64,000 bases of DNA from the human T2T-CHM13v2.0 reference genome, Homo sapiens, in assembly GCF_009914755.1 (NCBI RefSeq), contig NC_060925.1, one strand, 5' to 3'. A model generated the notes under the pieces. That model was not told the DNA's origin. It was given only the letters and a program-made list of their open reading frames with translations, and ran no database searches. This document shows positions 39,044-52,829 of this stretch, piece after piece (positions within the stretch are counted from its first letter, which is position 1; each line of letters begins with the position of its first letter). The translations under genes and the position numbers were made by a program.

Positions 39044-40179
39044 CTTTATGGCCAATCTGATATAGAGTATAGTGCCTGACAGAGCCAGCACAGCACTTGT
39101 ATTTGCAGAATAAATCAAAGAATCTAGCCTCAGGATAAAAAGCCTTCTAGCTATTGCAGCCTTCTAGTCCTGCACCCATTCTTGCTGTAATTTCCCCAAC
39201 ATTCACTCTCTCAGATAATTTATATACAAATGTTAAACCTCATTACATACAGATATTCAACTCAAAATATTACCACTACATTACTTTTAAAATATTGGAT
39301 TACTAAAGATATATGCAATGATAAAAGCCCATGTGAGTGAGAATGTGCTGAGATGAATATTTTTCATGTACTATTTGTAGTACAGCCTTGTTGGAAAGCT
39401 ATTAGGTGGTAAGTGACAAAAACTGGCTCCTTGACCCAGTAAGTCTATATTTTTAAATCTGTCCTAAGAAAATAATTGGGACCTATGAAAAGAAATTATG
39501 GTTTAACCACATTATTTACATCATAATGAAATGGAAAAATTTTAATGCCCAGAAACAGAGCATGGTTGAATAAATTGTGGAATAGCAACTGAATAGTATA
39601 TCATGAAGCAACTAAAAATATTACCAAAAAACTTTTAAGAACACTGAATGAAAATCCTTTATAAGAATTAGAATTAGACTTTTATTCTCTTTTACTTTTT
39701 CTCTGTTTTCCAAAGCTTTCTTTAGAAAAAAAATCACATTCAGAGTGGAAAAACATAACAAAATGATATTGCTAAGAAGGTCATAATATAGGTCTAAATT
39801 GACATATGAAGCCAAGATGATGGTGCCTAAAATAGGAAATAAATTGCATTTCGCAAGAGAACTATGCCTGTGAAAAGCCCAGTCTTGTTTAGCTTTGTGA
39901 CAATTATACAAGTACTGTTGGGGTTTAGGGGCAGTGCCCTCACACAATGATCTGGATTGGTTAGGGGACATTTCACAGAGAAGGGAGGATTTGAGCGGAA
40001 TCATGAATGTGTTTGAATTTTAGTAAGAGGAAAGATTTTGGCAGGAGTTTCAAAACCTCAAAACTTTGAACAAAAAAATGAAAGGCAGAAGTGAGATAGA
40101 TGTGTTTGCAAGGCAAGTGGAAGATTGACTTAGCCAAACCAATCAGTGTTGGGAAGAAGTGGGAAATTATTTTCGACAA

Positions 40180-40980
40180 GGAGACTGAACCCAGATGCTA
40201 GCAAGCTTCAGTAGAACAGATCTAATAGTTTGGACTGTGTCCTAAGAATAATGGGAAGCCATCTAAACTATTTGATCAGGAAACAGATAAGATTAAAACA
40301 GCACCCTGTGACAATTATGTGGACATTGGTATGTATAATAATTCACAAGGTGAAGGGATAGGAGGCACACATACAATCAATTGGGAAGCAAAGGCAGTGA
40401 TCCAAAAATGCAAAAGTGATCTTTTGAAAATTCAATCTGATCAGGTTACCCCTTTGTTTAATCATGTCGATAACTTTCTTTTATCTCAAAATAAAGAAAA
40501 TATTTCTTAACATGTTATACAAGGCTCTACATGGCCTCTCCCTACCTCTCCAGCTTTCTGACTCTGTACCGTGTTCTCCCAAATCAGCACTTAGCTTCTT
40601 GTAACCTCTCTTCACCATGTTACCTCCAATTATAAGGCATCTGCACATGTGGAGTGTGACCTAGAGTGTTCCTCTCTGCTTTCTTTGTCTAATTAACTCC
40701 TACTCATACTTTACATTTCAACTTGAGTGTCACTTCCCAGATAAGTCATTTCCCACCTCCCTAAGCTTCTGATTATAGGCTCACATAGCACTAAGTGTCT
40801 TTGAGGCATTGCAGTTGTCTATGTTGAGTCTATCCATTTGTTTGGGCTACTATTTGATAACTCTTCATTCATTTTTCTAAGCCCCATGAAGGATGAATTG
40901 ATGTACCTTTCTTTTGTATCTCCACTGCCTAAAAAATGTTCTGACATTTGGTATGTCCTTAATCAATAGCTGTTAAAGGA
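40180..40980. mobile_element. L2 fragments
   Basis: Degenerate L2 motifs (AATGGGAAGCCAT; TAACTCCTACTCATACTT...GTCACTTCC). Confidence 0.55.
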
Positions 40981-41711
40981 ATGCATGACAAATAAAAAGT
41001 GGCATAGGATGACAGAAGTACAAATTGGAGAGAAAGGAGGAACATGAGAGATGTTTTAAAAGAAGAACCAATAGAACAAAGAAGAGTGATGAATAAAAGA
41101 TGATGCAAATGATTACTGGAGAGTCATAGTGCCGCTGACCAAAACAGAGGGGAGCATGGGGCAGGGGATGGAGAGAAAGAGAGTAGGCAGTTTCAATGTT
41201 GGAAAGTTTAGACACACATAATGACTTAGAGATATGGACTTGGAAAGTATTTACATAAAGATGAGGGTCAAAACAATAAAAATGGAGAATATCCTACACT
41301 GTGAATGTATACATAGCTTCATATTTCCTTGTGGAGAGACCTCTACTAGAGTAATACTCATGGTGTGTCTTCCTCATTTCTGCCCAAGTGGGAGCAATGA
41401 CTTACCTAACTGGGAGGGACAGTGACATACATTGGTTCACGTTTGTTCCACTAGACAAATCTTATCTACTTAAAAGATGAAAGATCCAGAGATATGTCCC
41501 CTCTTTTTGTGGGGAGGCAGCAATTCTGGGTATATATGTCTGCCCCACGGATCTATTTTGTTTCCTTGAGTAGTTTCTTTCAATCTCAGAGCTTGGACTA
41601 AGTAGGGAGGCAGACGATATTAACATTCCTGTTTAGTCACCGATCTAAAAGAAATAGTTACTATACCTTTGCTGATCTGCTATGTCTAATTTTGTAATTA
41701 GTTTAAAATTA

Positions 41712-41912
<201 letters not shown>

Positions 41913-42931
41913 CTAAAGTGTTCCACCTCCAGGACACATGTCCTGCACTCCCTTGTCTTCGTCTACTCCCCATACCACCCCTTTTATTCCCTTTTCCTTT
42001 GGAAAAAATAGCAAGAATACACACACTTTTATTTTTATTTTTTAGCGGCTAAAATATCTTATGAATGTGACTCCTTTTAAAAGAATCTTATATCAGAGCA
42101 ACTAAAGTTATGCCAACTTCACCGATTGATCCAATGCCGTGTTTTGAGACTGAACTAAGTCATGGGGCACATCAAATCAGCATAGCATAGGAGAAAGACA
42201 AAGGAGAAAATTAATTTCACAAGGTTTTTCATGTGGTCTAGCACTTGTCAGGGAAAAATCAAAAATGTGTTATGCGCCCTACCTTTTTTTTTTTTGGTGA
42301 GAAAATGTTAAAATGTTTGAAATATGCGGTAAACAAAAGGCAAAAGCAATGTAATCATTGACAAGATTAGTTACATATAAAAACATTTTATTTATTAATG
42401 ATAAAGTTATATGTAACTTTATCTGAAAACAAACACTATTTCCTCTTTATAATTTAGCTCTGTTATCAAAATCTTTCTTTTAGATCATAGAGTAAGTTAC
42501 GTATTGGTTACATACAAAATCTTTATATTGAATAATGATTTTCTTCAAGTAATTTGAAGCACAGAAAACTAAACTCTATTAACAATGAACTTTCATTTGT
42601 TTTTATTTTTAAAAGTAGGAAAATGGAGTTATTAAAGGAGTAAGATAATTCAACAATTTCCCCTGAATCAGTGAGTTAGTCTCAATTGAAAATGAGTTTC
42701 TTAAAATTCATAAAAAGACTGAAATCCATAAAATAATGAATAAACAGTCATAGAGGGGTGCTGGTTACTTTCAGGACGTGATAATAAGAGCTATAACTTA
42801 TATGTCTCTTAAGTGAGAAGTACTGTACTAATCAACATATTTTTTGTACTATTATTAGAAAACATTTCGAACATTTAGAAAAATACAGAAATAATGTTTT
42901 AAAAGAATCCCAGTGACATCCCATAACTAAG

Positions 42932-43354
42932 TGATGTTAGTTCAGATGTTTATCCCTTCCAAATCTCATATTGCAATGTGACTGCCAATATTGGAGGTAG
43001 GACCTTGTGGGAGGAGATTGGATCATGGGGGCAGCTCCTTCGTTAATGGTTTAGCACCTTCCCCTTGGTGATAAGTGAGTTCTCCTTCAGTTAATTCATG
43101 GAAGATCTGATTGTTTAAAAGAGTCTAGGACTTCCCTCCATCATATTCTTGCTCCTTCTTTTGCCGTGTGATATGCTGGTGCCCCTTTGCCTTCCATCAT
43201 AATAATAAGCTTCCTAAGCCTCTCACCAGAAGCAGATGTTGACACCATGCTTCCTGTACAGCCTGTAGAACTGTGAGCCAAAATAAGCCTTTTTTCCTTA
43301 TACATTACCCCCGCTCAGGTATCTCTTTATAGCAACTCAGAAATAGACTGATAC
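42932..43354 (+). mobile_element. MST (MSTB-like) solo LTR
   Basis: CCCTTCCAAATCTCATATTG...GGATCATGGGGGCAG...CCATGCTTCCTGTACAGCCTGTAGAACTGTGAGCCA...TTTATAGCAAC. Confidence 0.82.
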
Positions 43355-43860
43355 GGTATTTTTAACAACCCTCCTTAAAAAATCACGGAAAATTTCAAAA
43401 ATGTATCTAATTAGAGAATCGTATAATAAGCTCTCCTGTTCTTATTGCCCACCTTTGATAATCATCATGTTGTAATCAATCTTGCTTTATCTTTACTCTC
43501 ACTCTCCGTTTCCCACAGATTATTTGGAAGCAAATCCCCAACCTGTCATTTCATCCACAAATAGTTTAGTATATATTAATTAATCCACAAATAATTCAGT
43601 ATATATGCAATGTAAGCATATATGTATGTATACATATGCTTTTTAAAAATAAAAATAAAATAATGATTGTTAACTATTAAATATTCAATATCCAGTCGGT
43701 ATTCACATTTCCACATTGTCTCTTTTCTTAATACGTTCTTCAAATAAGGAACCAAATAAGGTTCAGATTTTGCAATTTCTATATTAATTTATAGGTTCCT
43801 CTTCCTATATGTTTTTCCCTTGCAATTTATTTTAAACATTAATCATTTAAACCATAGAGT

Positions 43861-44170
43861 TGCCTGTAATCTCAGCACTTTGCAGGGCCAAGGCAGGTGG
43901 ATGACCTGAGCCCAGGGGCTTTAAGACCAGATGGGGCAACATGGTGAAACCCCATCTCTACAAAAAAAATAAAAAATAAATACAAAAATTGGCCAGGTGT
44001 GGTGGCATATGCCTGTAGTCCCAGCTACTTGGGAGGTTGAGGTGGGAGGATTGATTGAGTCTGGGAGGTTAAGGCTGCAGTGAGCTGTGATCATGCCATT
44101 TACATTCCGGCCTAGGCAACAGAGAAAGATCCTGTCACAGAAAGAAATAAAAATTTAAAAAAATTAAAAA
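43861..44170 (+). mobile_element. AluJ
   Basis: Slightly 5'-truncated Alu; TSD AA(A/G)CCATAGAGT. Confidence 0.9.
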
Positions 44171-44639
44171 TAAGCCATAGAGTCCCCATAGGCTAGATTT
44201 TGATAATTGCAACCTAATAGGGTTGATTGACATATTCTGTGGTCCCCTGCATTTCTGTGTATTAGAAGATTAATCTAGCGTTTTTGTATTTTTTTTTTTT
44301 TGCAAAAATACCTCATAGGCATTGGTATGTACTTTCATTAGGAAATAAATAACATGGTTTTTTTTTTTTTTTCTCTATTACTGATATTATCCATCATCAA
44401 TGATTATCTCCTAGATCTGTTTTTTTCTTTTAGGGGTTGAAAAATGTTGAAATTTTATTTTTATCATTCATTCCTCATTTATTAACTATAGTACCTATAT
44501 AAGGAGAAACTTCACCTAATCAACTATTTAGTTAGTCAGTAGTAGAGTTTATGTAGAAAAACAGGATAAATTTTTCTTTAGCTCCCTTGTAGTATAAAAA
44601 GTGAGTTAGTTTCTAGCATCCTGCAAAGGTAAACAATCT

Positions 44640-44830
44640 GGATATTAATATATTTTATATAATATTTGTATATAAATTTCATTATATATAAATTTTACTA
44701 TATTGCATGTTATATATAATATTAATATAATTAATATATTATTAGTATTTAATATATTTTACATTACTTATCAATTATATAGTTAATTATATATTATTAA
44801 TATATAATTTATTTTATAGTTATAAATCTA
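44640..44830. repeat. AT-rich low-complexity tract
   Basis: Nearly pure A/T with ATATT motifs. Confidence 0.85.
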
Positions 44831-45529
44831 TGAACTTAGAGGCATTTGATATATTTCAATTCATTATGTTGTTATTCTTGATACTCCAATTATTCACTTT
44901 TTGGCCACTAGAAGCCTCTTCAATTGGCTTCCTGTATCCTTTACACAGAACTGTAATCACAGTATCATCATTAGCTTCCTTCTGGTATAAGATGTAGCAG
45001 TTATCTTATATATGTTTTGTCTCAGAACTAGAACTAGCTATTTTTCCGAGGTGCTTTGGTTCCTTTTAGGGGGAAATGGTATTTATGTAGCGGCTGAAAT
45101 CTGGTCAATAGAGTTGCCAGTTGTTACCTATTGGCTGGCCATTGTTTCCAGTTCTTCTCAGTAGAAAGAACTAGATTTTTTTTCTTTCAGAGAAAATATG
45201 CCATGAGTTTATACTGACATTCCAATTCACAGTCAAGAATACAGGATTTGTGCTTAATCTCTTTAATCTTACATCTGTACTTTATCATGCTGGAAATCCT
45301 GCTTCACAAGGATATCAACATAATTATGCATCTGTTTATCACACATCATACAAATAACAGACCAACAACATCAACATTACCACAAATAATATAATCATTG
45401 AAAAGAGTTAAATGTTTTTGTTGTGCTTTTTCCCATGATGTGGGGCAGTTTTGTCTGCTTGGTTGGTTTTAAGCCATTTTTCACTAGAAATACAGAGACA
45501 AATAAATTTCTGTGTTTTAAAGTTATTTT

Positions 45530-46765
<1,236 letters not shown>

Positions 46766-46939
46766 TTAAAGTTATTTTAAATAATTCCTCCCTATGTACT
46801 TATGTCATCAACTTCATAAATAGTAAAGTTCATTTGTTTCATTTTTCTTTTAAGTTTTAGGGATTATATTTTTTCTTCAAAATATGTTATAGATATATAG
46901 ACTATTTACAATATAATTTGGAAGCAAATTCTTCTTTGG

Positions 46940-47110
46940 TCCGACCTCAAGATGACAGCATTTTGATGGTAGCCTTGTGAGAGACCCTGAGCCACAGTTA
47001 AGCTGTGCCTGAATCAGTGACCTATAGAAACTGTAAAATAATAAATATTTATTGTTTTTAGCTGCCAAATTTGGGGATACTTTGCTACTGGACAATAGAT
47101 TACTAATATA
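46940..47110 (+). mobile_element. MLT1 LTR 3' fragment
   Basis: AGCCTTGTGAGAGACCCTGAGC...AGAAACTGTAAAATAATAAAT...CAATAGATTACTAATA. Confidence 0.7.
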
Positions 47111-47900
47111 CTGCATTCTTTTCTTGCTCATATGTTTAGCTCAGTTTTTTATAAAGTTGCTGGTACTTTTCTATTTTTCAAGGCTCTTTATATGTTAGGG
47201 CTATTATGTTACTGCATGTAATATAAGTATATTCCCAGTTTGAAATTATTTCATTTTTATGTACTCATGTTTTTAAATCTTTTCTCTATTTTTCTCAATT
47301 TTGAAAACAAGCAAGTTTTCCCAGTACTAATGTATCCATTCTAGTTTTTGTATGTCTTTATTTATTACATTCTGGCCTTTCACCCATTTGGAATTTATCT
47401 ACAAGTTGCAATAGCGTAAGACACTAAAGCATTATATAGCTGAGGCAGCCTGGTACAGTGGAATCATAAAGGAAATTAAACAGATCTGGGTTTGATTCCC
47501 AGCTCTACTTTTATAAGCCCTGTAACCCTGGACAAGTTATTTACATCTGTGAGCTTCAGTTTCCACATCTCAAAAATGAACTAAAATAAATTTACAGTGT
47601 GGAGCATAGTGTTTAGATATTCATTCTATTTTAGCTAGTGCTAAAATTATTGCTCTCATTCTATTTCAGTTGCTGATAATATTGTTCTTATTGTTAATAT
47701 ACATTTTGTGACTCACCTATGTTTGCATTAAACCTGTGGGTAAAGCTAAACTGCAGTTTGCTGACCACTAAACAAGCCCCAGCTTTCATAAAGTTTGTAT
47801 GCTTCTAGGAACTTCATGTAAGCTTATGAGAATGCCATCCTTTGAAAATTAAGATTATAATTGGTCTTTTGTGCTCAAATGCAAGCTTCCTGAGGGCAAA

Positions 47901-47910
47901 GTGTGTGTGA

Positions 47911-47946
<36 letters not shown>

Positions 47947-47962
47947 AAGAGAGAATGAGAGA
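47901..47962. repeat. Compound (GT)n(GA)n microsatellite
   Basis: Direct reading. Confidence 0.95.
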
Positions 47963-48099
47963 ACTGCCTTCAATTTCGTGACTGTATTCAAAACAGTTGT
48001 AATGAAGTTTTCAAGTGTTCCCCTAGCTGTCTTCTTAATTCATTTATTCCTTTAATATCTAGTTTTTTCCTTTGTTTTTTTTTTTTAAGCAGCACTTTT

Positions 48100-50200
48100 T
48101 GAGAAGAGTGGATCATATCTACCAAATTGAATTCCTTGTATCTCGTTCTCATTTTAGTTCATGGTAATATGGCTTCTGATCTCACTGGTCCATTGAAACT
48201 GATCTTTGTAAATTCACCTAAATGCCCAATTTTTTAAAACACATTATTGTCTTTATAGTACTTGACCTCTATGAGTTAGAAGTTTGACATTATGAATTAC
48301 TCCTTCCTTCTCAAGATTCTTCACTTCCTTGACTTCCCTGAGGCTGCCCTGTCCTGGCTTTTCTTCCATTTCTCAGATTTCTTCATGGACTTCCCTTCCT
48401 CCATTAATCCCTTAAATGTTGGCATTTCCTTACATCAGAAATTATATATTGTCCCTCATTTTCACGTGGGACTCCAGCATCTTATGTTTATGAATCTGAA
48501 ATCCAGCTTCCTTAGCTTCCTTTGTTTCTCTCCATAGTGCTTGTCACCATCTGGCATTTTTGCCCTCCTCAAGTAGGAAATAAACTCTATGATGGCAGAT
48601 AAGTGATCTATTTTGTTATTTCTCAGAATCTAGAACAATGCTTGAAACAATATTCAAGAAATAATTACTGAATGAATGAATGAGCAGATGTTCCCATTCA
48701 TTCGTTTATTTACAAGTGTTTATTGCATGCCTACTTTGTGCCAGGCACTCATCTAGACACTGTGAATAGAGCAGCAAGCAAAGCAGATAAAATCTTTGTG
48801 CCCCAGGGAGCTTGCATTTGAGCAAAAAAACAAGACGTGTAAGTACAACGTAGTGTAGGTTAAATAGTGATGAGTCCAAAGGAGAGAAAAATAAAGCTGA
48901 GAATGAAGAGATGAAATGCCAAATAAGAATTGAAATTTTAGATACAATTACACAATTTTAGATACAATGGTCCCAGTGAGAAAGAAGGTGGCTTTTGAGT
49001 AAAGATCTATAGGAAGTGAAAGAACCCACCACAGGTTTACCTGTAAGGAAGAATGTTCCAGGAAGAAGAAACCTCAAGTGTAGCAGTGGGAACTTGCCTC
49101 ACTTGAAAAATAACAAAGAACTTGCCTGGCTGAAGTAGGAACTTTCATGGCTTCAAAAAGAATAAAGGCACCTGTGTGGCTAGAGTGGAGTATGTAAGAG
49201 GGAAAGTACTAAGAGATAAGATCAGAAATAGCCAGAAAGCAGCAGATTATATCTGGCCTTGTAGGTCATAGTCAAGACTTGGCTTTTCACTTTGAATGAG
49301 ATGGGAAGCTATTGTTAGGAAATAGGGAAGGGACAACATCTAACTTACTGTGTAGGGGGAACAGGTTGCAGAGGGATGTGAGGAGCAGAGACAGAAACAA
49401 GATCATTTAGGAGGCAATTATAATGATTCCCTGCCCTCTGGGTCCATACATCTGCCTGCCTAACAGATGTCTCCACTTTCATGACTTAAAGTACCTCAAC
49501 CTTAACATATTCAGAGTTAAATCCATAGTTGCCTCCCACCTTCTCCACACCTGGTTTTTCTTCTTGTTACCTATTGCAGTAAGTAGCATCACTGTGTATC
49601 CAGAAATCATACTGGAATCTTGGACATTATTTCATTGTTTTCCCTCTTTTTTATGCTAACATTAAATCAGTCCCAAGTGCAATAATTATAACTTCTTTCT
49701 CTTTGGAATCTTCTCCCTCCTCTTCATTCCCTCTGCCATGATCTTAACTCAAGCCTCATCATTTCTTGCCTATTTCAGGCAATAGCCTCTGATAAATGCC
49801 CTAGCTCTTGATTTGTATCCCTCTAATCTCCTCTCCGTATGGCTTTCAGAGTGAACTTTCCAACATATGAACAGATTTTGTCATTTCCTTGCTTAAATAA
49901 GAATTGTTAATATGATCTTCTCTTTGTAAATTTCCGTTCCTCTATTGTCTTTAAGATTTCAAACTTTTGTATCCTATAAAGGCTCTTCCTGATCCCTCTG
50001 GTCATCTGTCTCTGTCCATGGCACACACTTTCACATATGCATGATAAATCATAATCTTTTGAAAGCCTTTCCTGATAATTCCCATTAGGATTAGGACCCT
50101 TTTTTTGGGTGTTCACATAGTTTTCTATGTTTACTTCTTATCCTAATCATTTTACTTTGTTGTTGTGTTTATAGACTTATTTCCCCATAAGCAATGCACC
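48100..50200. mobile_element. Cluster of L2 fragments in both orientations
   Basis: L2 3' signatures TGAATGAATGAATG (48669) and CATTCATTCGTTTATTTACAAGTGTTTATTGCATGCCTACTTTGTGCCAGGCACT (48695). Confidence 0.65.
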
Positions 50201-50791
50201 CTCTCGGAGCAGAGCCTATATAGTTAAGAAGCAATCTTTATACTCTGGTTTCTCCTCAGATCGTATAAATCTTTTGCCTTTTACTGTATAGCTAAGAAGC
50301 AAACTTTGATATTAAATATACTTAGGTTTACATTCTGGTGTTGTCTGTTCCTAGCTGTGCAATTTGGGACAACTTAAGCTCTTTGAACCTCAGTTTTCTC
50401 ATCTGTGAAATGGTCAATTTACCATATAGGACTGTTGTAAGAATTAAATAAGGCAATGCCTATAGAGTGTTAGCATTTGGTATAACTCATAAGAACTTTC
50501 CATAAATATGAGCTCTTACTACTATCATTTATGCAATAGAGAATTAGTGAAGGTAAAATGAGGACAAGGTCAGCCTCCAAGGGAGGCAGTCATGTCACTA
50601 GAGAGGCAGGTACTAAAACAAGAAAAGCAGAACTGGGGCCCTACTGGGGACAGAGGCTGTAGGTCAGCCAGTGACTCCCCTAATTAGACTAGGAGTGACA
50701 GCTAAACCAGACCCAAGAGGCAACTCTCAATTGAGGCTGTCAGGAGCTGGCTGAGAAGAAAAGTAGGACACACAAGGGACAGTTCTCAGAA

Positions 50792-51189
50792 AAGTGCTTT
50801 TCACATAGCTTTTTTGGGTTGGGTGATTTGAAGTTACATGGCTCCCCTAAGCAGCAGTATTTTTAGTAGATGTTTGGTGTTACAGGTTGAATTGTGTCCT
50901 CCCAAATATGTATATAGGAATCCCTAACTCCTGGTGCCTCTGAATATGACCTTAATTTGGAAATGGAGTCTTTAAAGAAATAATCAGTTTAAGTGCTTTT
51001 CACATTGCTTTTTTGGGGTGGGTGATTTGAAGTTACATGGCTCTTCTGAGCAGCAGTATTAAAAGTAAATTCTTGGTGTTGCAGGTTGAATTGTGTCTTC
51101 CCAAATATGTATATATTGAAATCCTAACTCCGGTTACCTCTGAATGTGACCTTATTTGGAAATAGGGTCTTTAAAGAGGTAACCAGTTT
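50792..51189 (+). repeat. 199-bp tandem duplication spanning an MLT1 5' junction
   Basis: Units 50792-50990 and 50991-51189 both start AAGTGCTTTTCACAT and end CAGTTT. Confidence 0.92.
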
Positions 51190-51520
51190 AAGATGACATC
51201 AGAATGGGCTCTAATTCATATGACTAGGATCATTATAAAAAAGGGAAATTTGGATACAGAAACAGACCTGGATGGAAGGAAGATGATGTGAAGATGAACA
51301 GGGAGAAGATAGACATGGAAAGCCAAGGTTACTATCAAACACTAGAAGCTAGATGAGGCAAAGAAGGATTCTCCCCGCTAGAACTGTCAGAGAGAGCATG
51401 GCTTTGCCAACCCCTTTATTTCAGACTTGTAACTCCCAGAACTGTGAGACAATAGACTTCTATTGTTTTAACCCATCCATTGTTTGGTGCTTTGCTATGG
51501 CAGCCCTGAGAAACTAACAA
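51077..51520 (+). mobile_element. MLT1B/C solo LTR
   Basis: TGTTGCAGGTTGAATTGTGTC...GAATGTGACCTTATTTGGAAATAGGGTCTTT...CCAGAACTGTGAGACAAT...GAAACTAACA. Confidence 0.85.
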
Positions 51521-51600
51521 ACCTGATGCTATAAAATAACAGCCAGTTCCTTAAGACTAATATACATTAGGCAATGTGCTAAGCATGTTTTTTAGTTTTA

Positions 51601-51873
<273 letters not shown>

Positions 51874-52100
51874 TCATACAACATGAAGTTTTGATATATG
51901 CGTACATTGTGTAATCACTAAATCAAGCCAATTAACATATCCATTATTTCACATTCTTATTTTGTGGTGAAGACATGTAAAGTCTCCCTTAGCAATTTTT
52001 ATATATATAATGTATTGTTATTAAATATAACTTCTGAATTTATTTCTCCCTTCCAACAAAAATTTTGTATCCTTTGACCAATATTTCCCAAATCCCCAGT

Positions 52101-52485
52101 TGGTATGGTTTGGATTTGTGTCCCCTGCTCAAGTATCATGTTGAATTGTAATCTCCAGTGTTGGAGGAGGGGCCTGGTGGGAGGTGATTGGATCATGGGG
52201 GTGGATTTCCCCCTTGTTGTTCTTGTGATGGTTTGTGAGTCCTCACAAGATCTGGTTGTTTAAAAGTGTGTGGCACCTTCATCCTGCTCTCTCTTACTCC
52301 TCCTCTGGTCATGTGAGATGTGCCTGCTTCCCCTTCACCTTCTGCCATGATTGTAAGTTTCCTGAGGCCTCCCCAGACGTGCTTCCTGTTCAGCCTGCAG
52401 AATGTGAGTCAATTAAACCCCTTTTCTTTATAAATTACCCAGTCTCAGGTAGTTCTTTATAGCAATGTGAGAATGGACTAATATG
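52101..52485 (+). mobile_element. MSTA-like solo LTR
   Basis: TGGTATGGTTTGGATTTGTGTCCCC...GTAAGTTTCCTGAGGCCTCCCCAG...TTTATAGCAATGTGAGAATGGACTAATA. Confidence 0.85.
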
Positions 52486-52829
52486 CCACCCCATACCCTA
52501 GCCCCTGGTAATCACCATTCTACTTTCTGACTAAGCACTTTTCATGGATTTTAATATTCAGTCCTCATAGTTTTATGTGTTGTGTGCTATTATGTCCATT
52601 TTATAAATGATAAAACCAAGGTTTAGTGAAATTAAAGCAACTTGCCTGGGACCACATAGCTAGTAAAGGGGAGAGCCTAAATTTGAACCCAGTCTACCTG
52701 ACTGAGAGTTCATGCTTTTAATCACTACCTACTGTTTTCCTGGTGCATACAATAGGACATTGGAGCTTTAGAGTAAATGTGGAGCAAAACCCCAGTTCAA
52801 GAATGTTGTTATCTTGAAAGTGATGCCAG

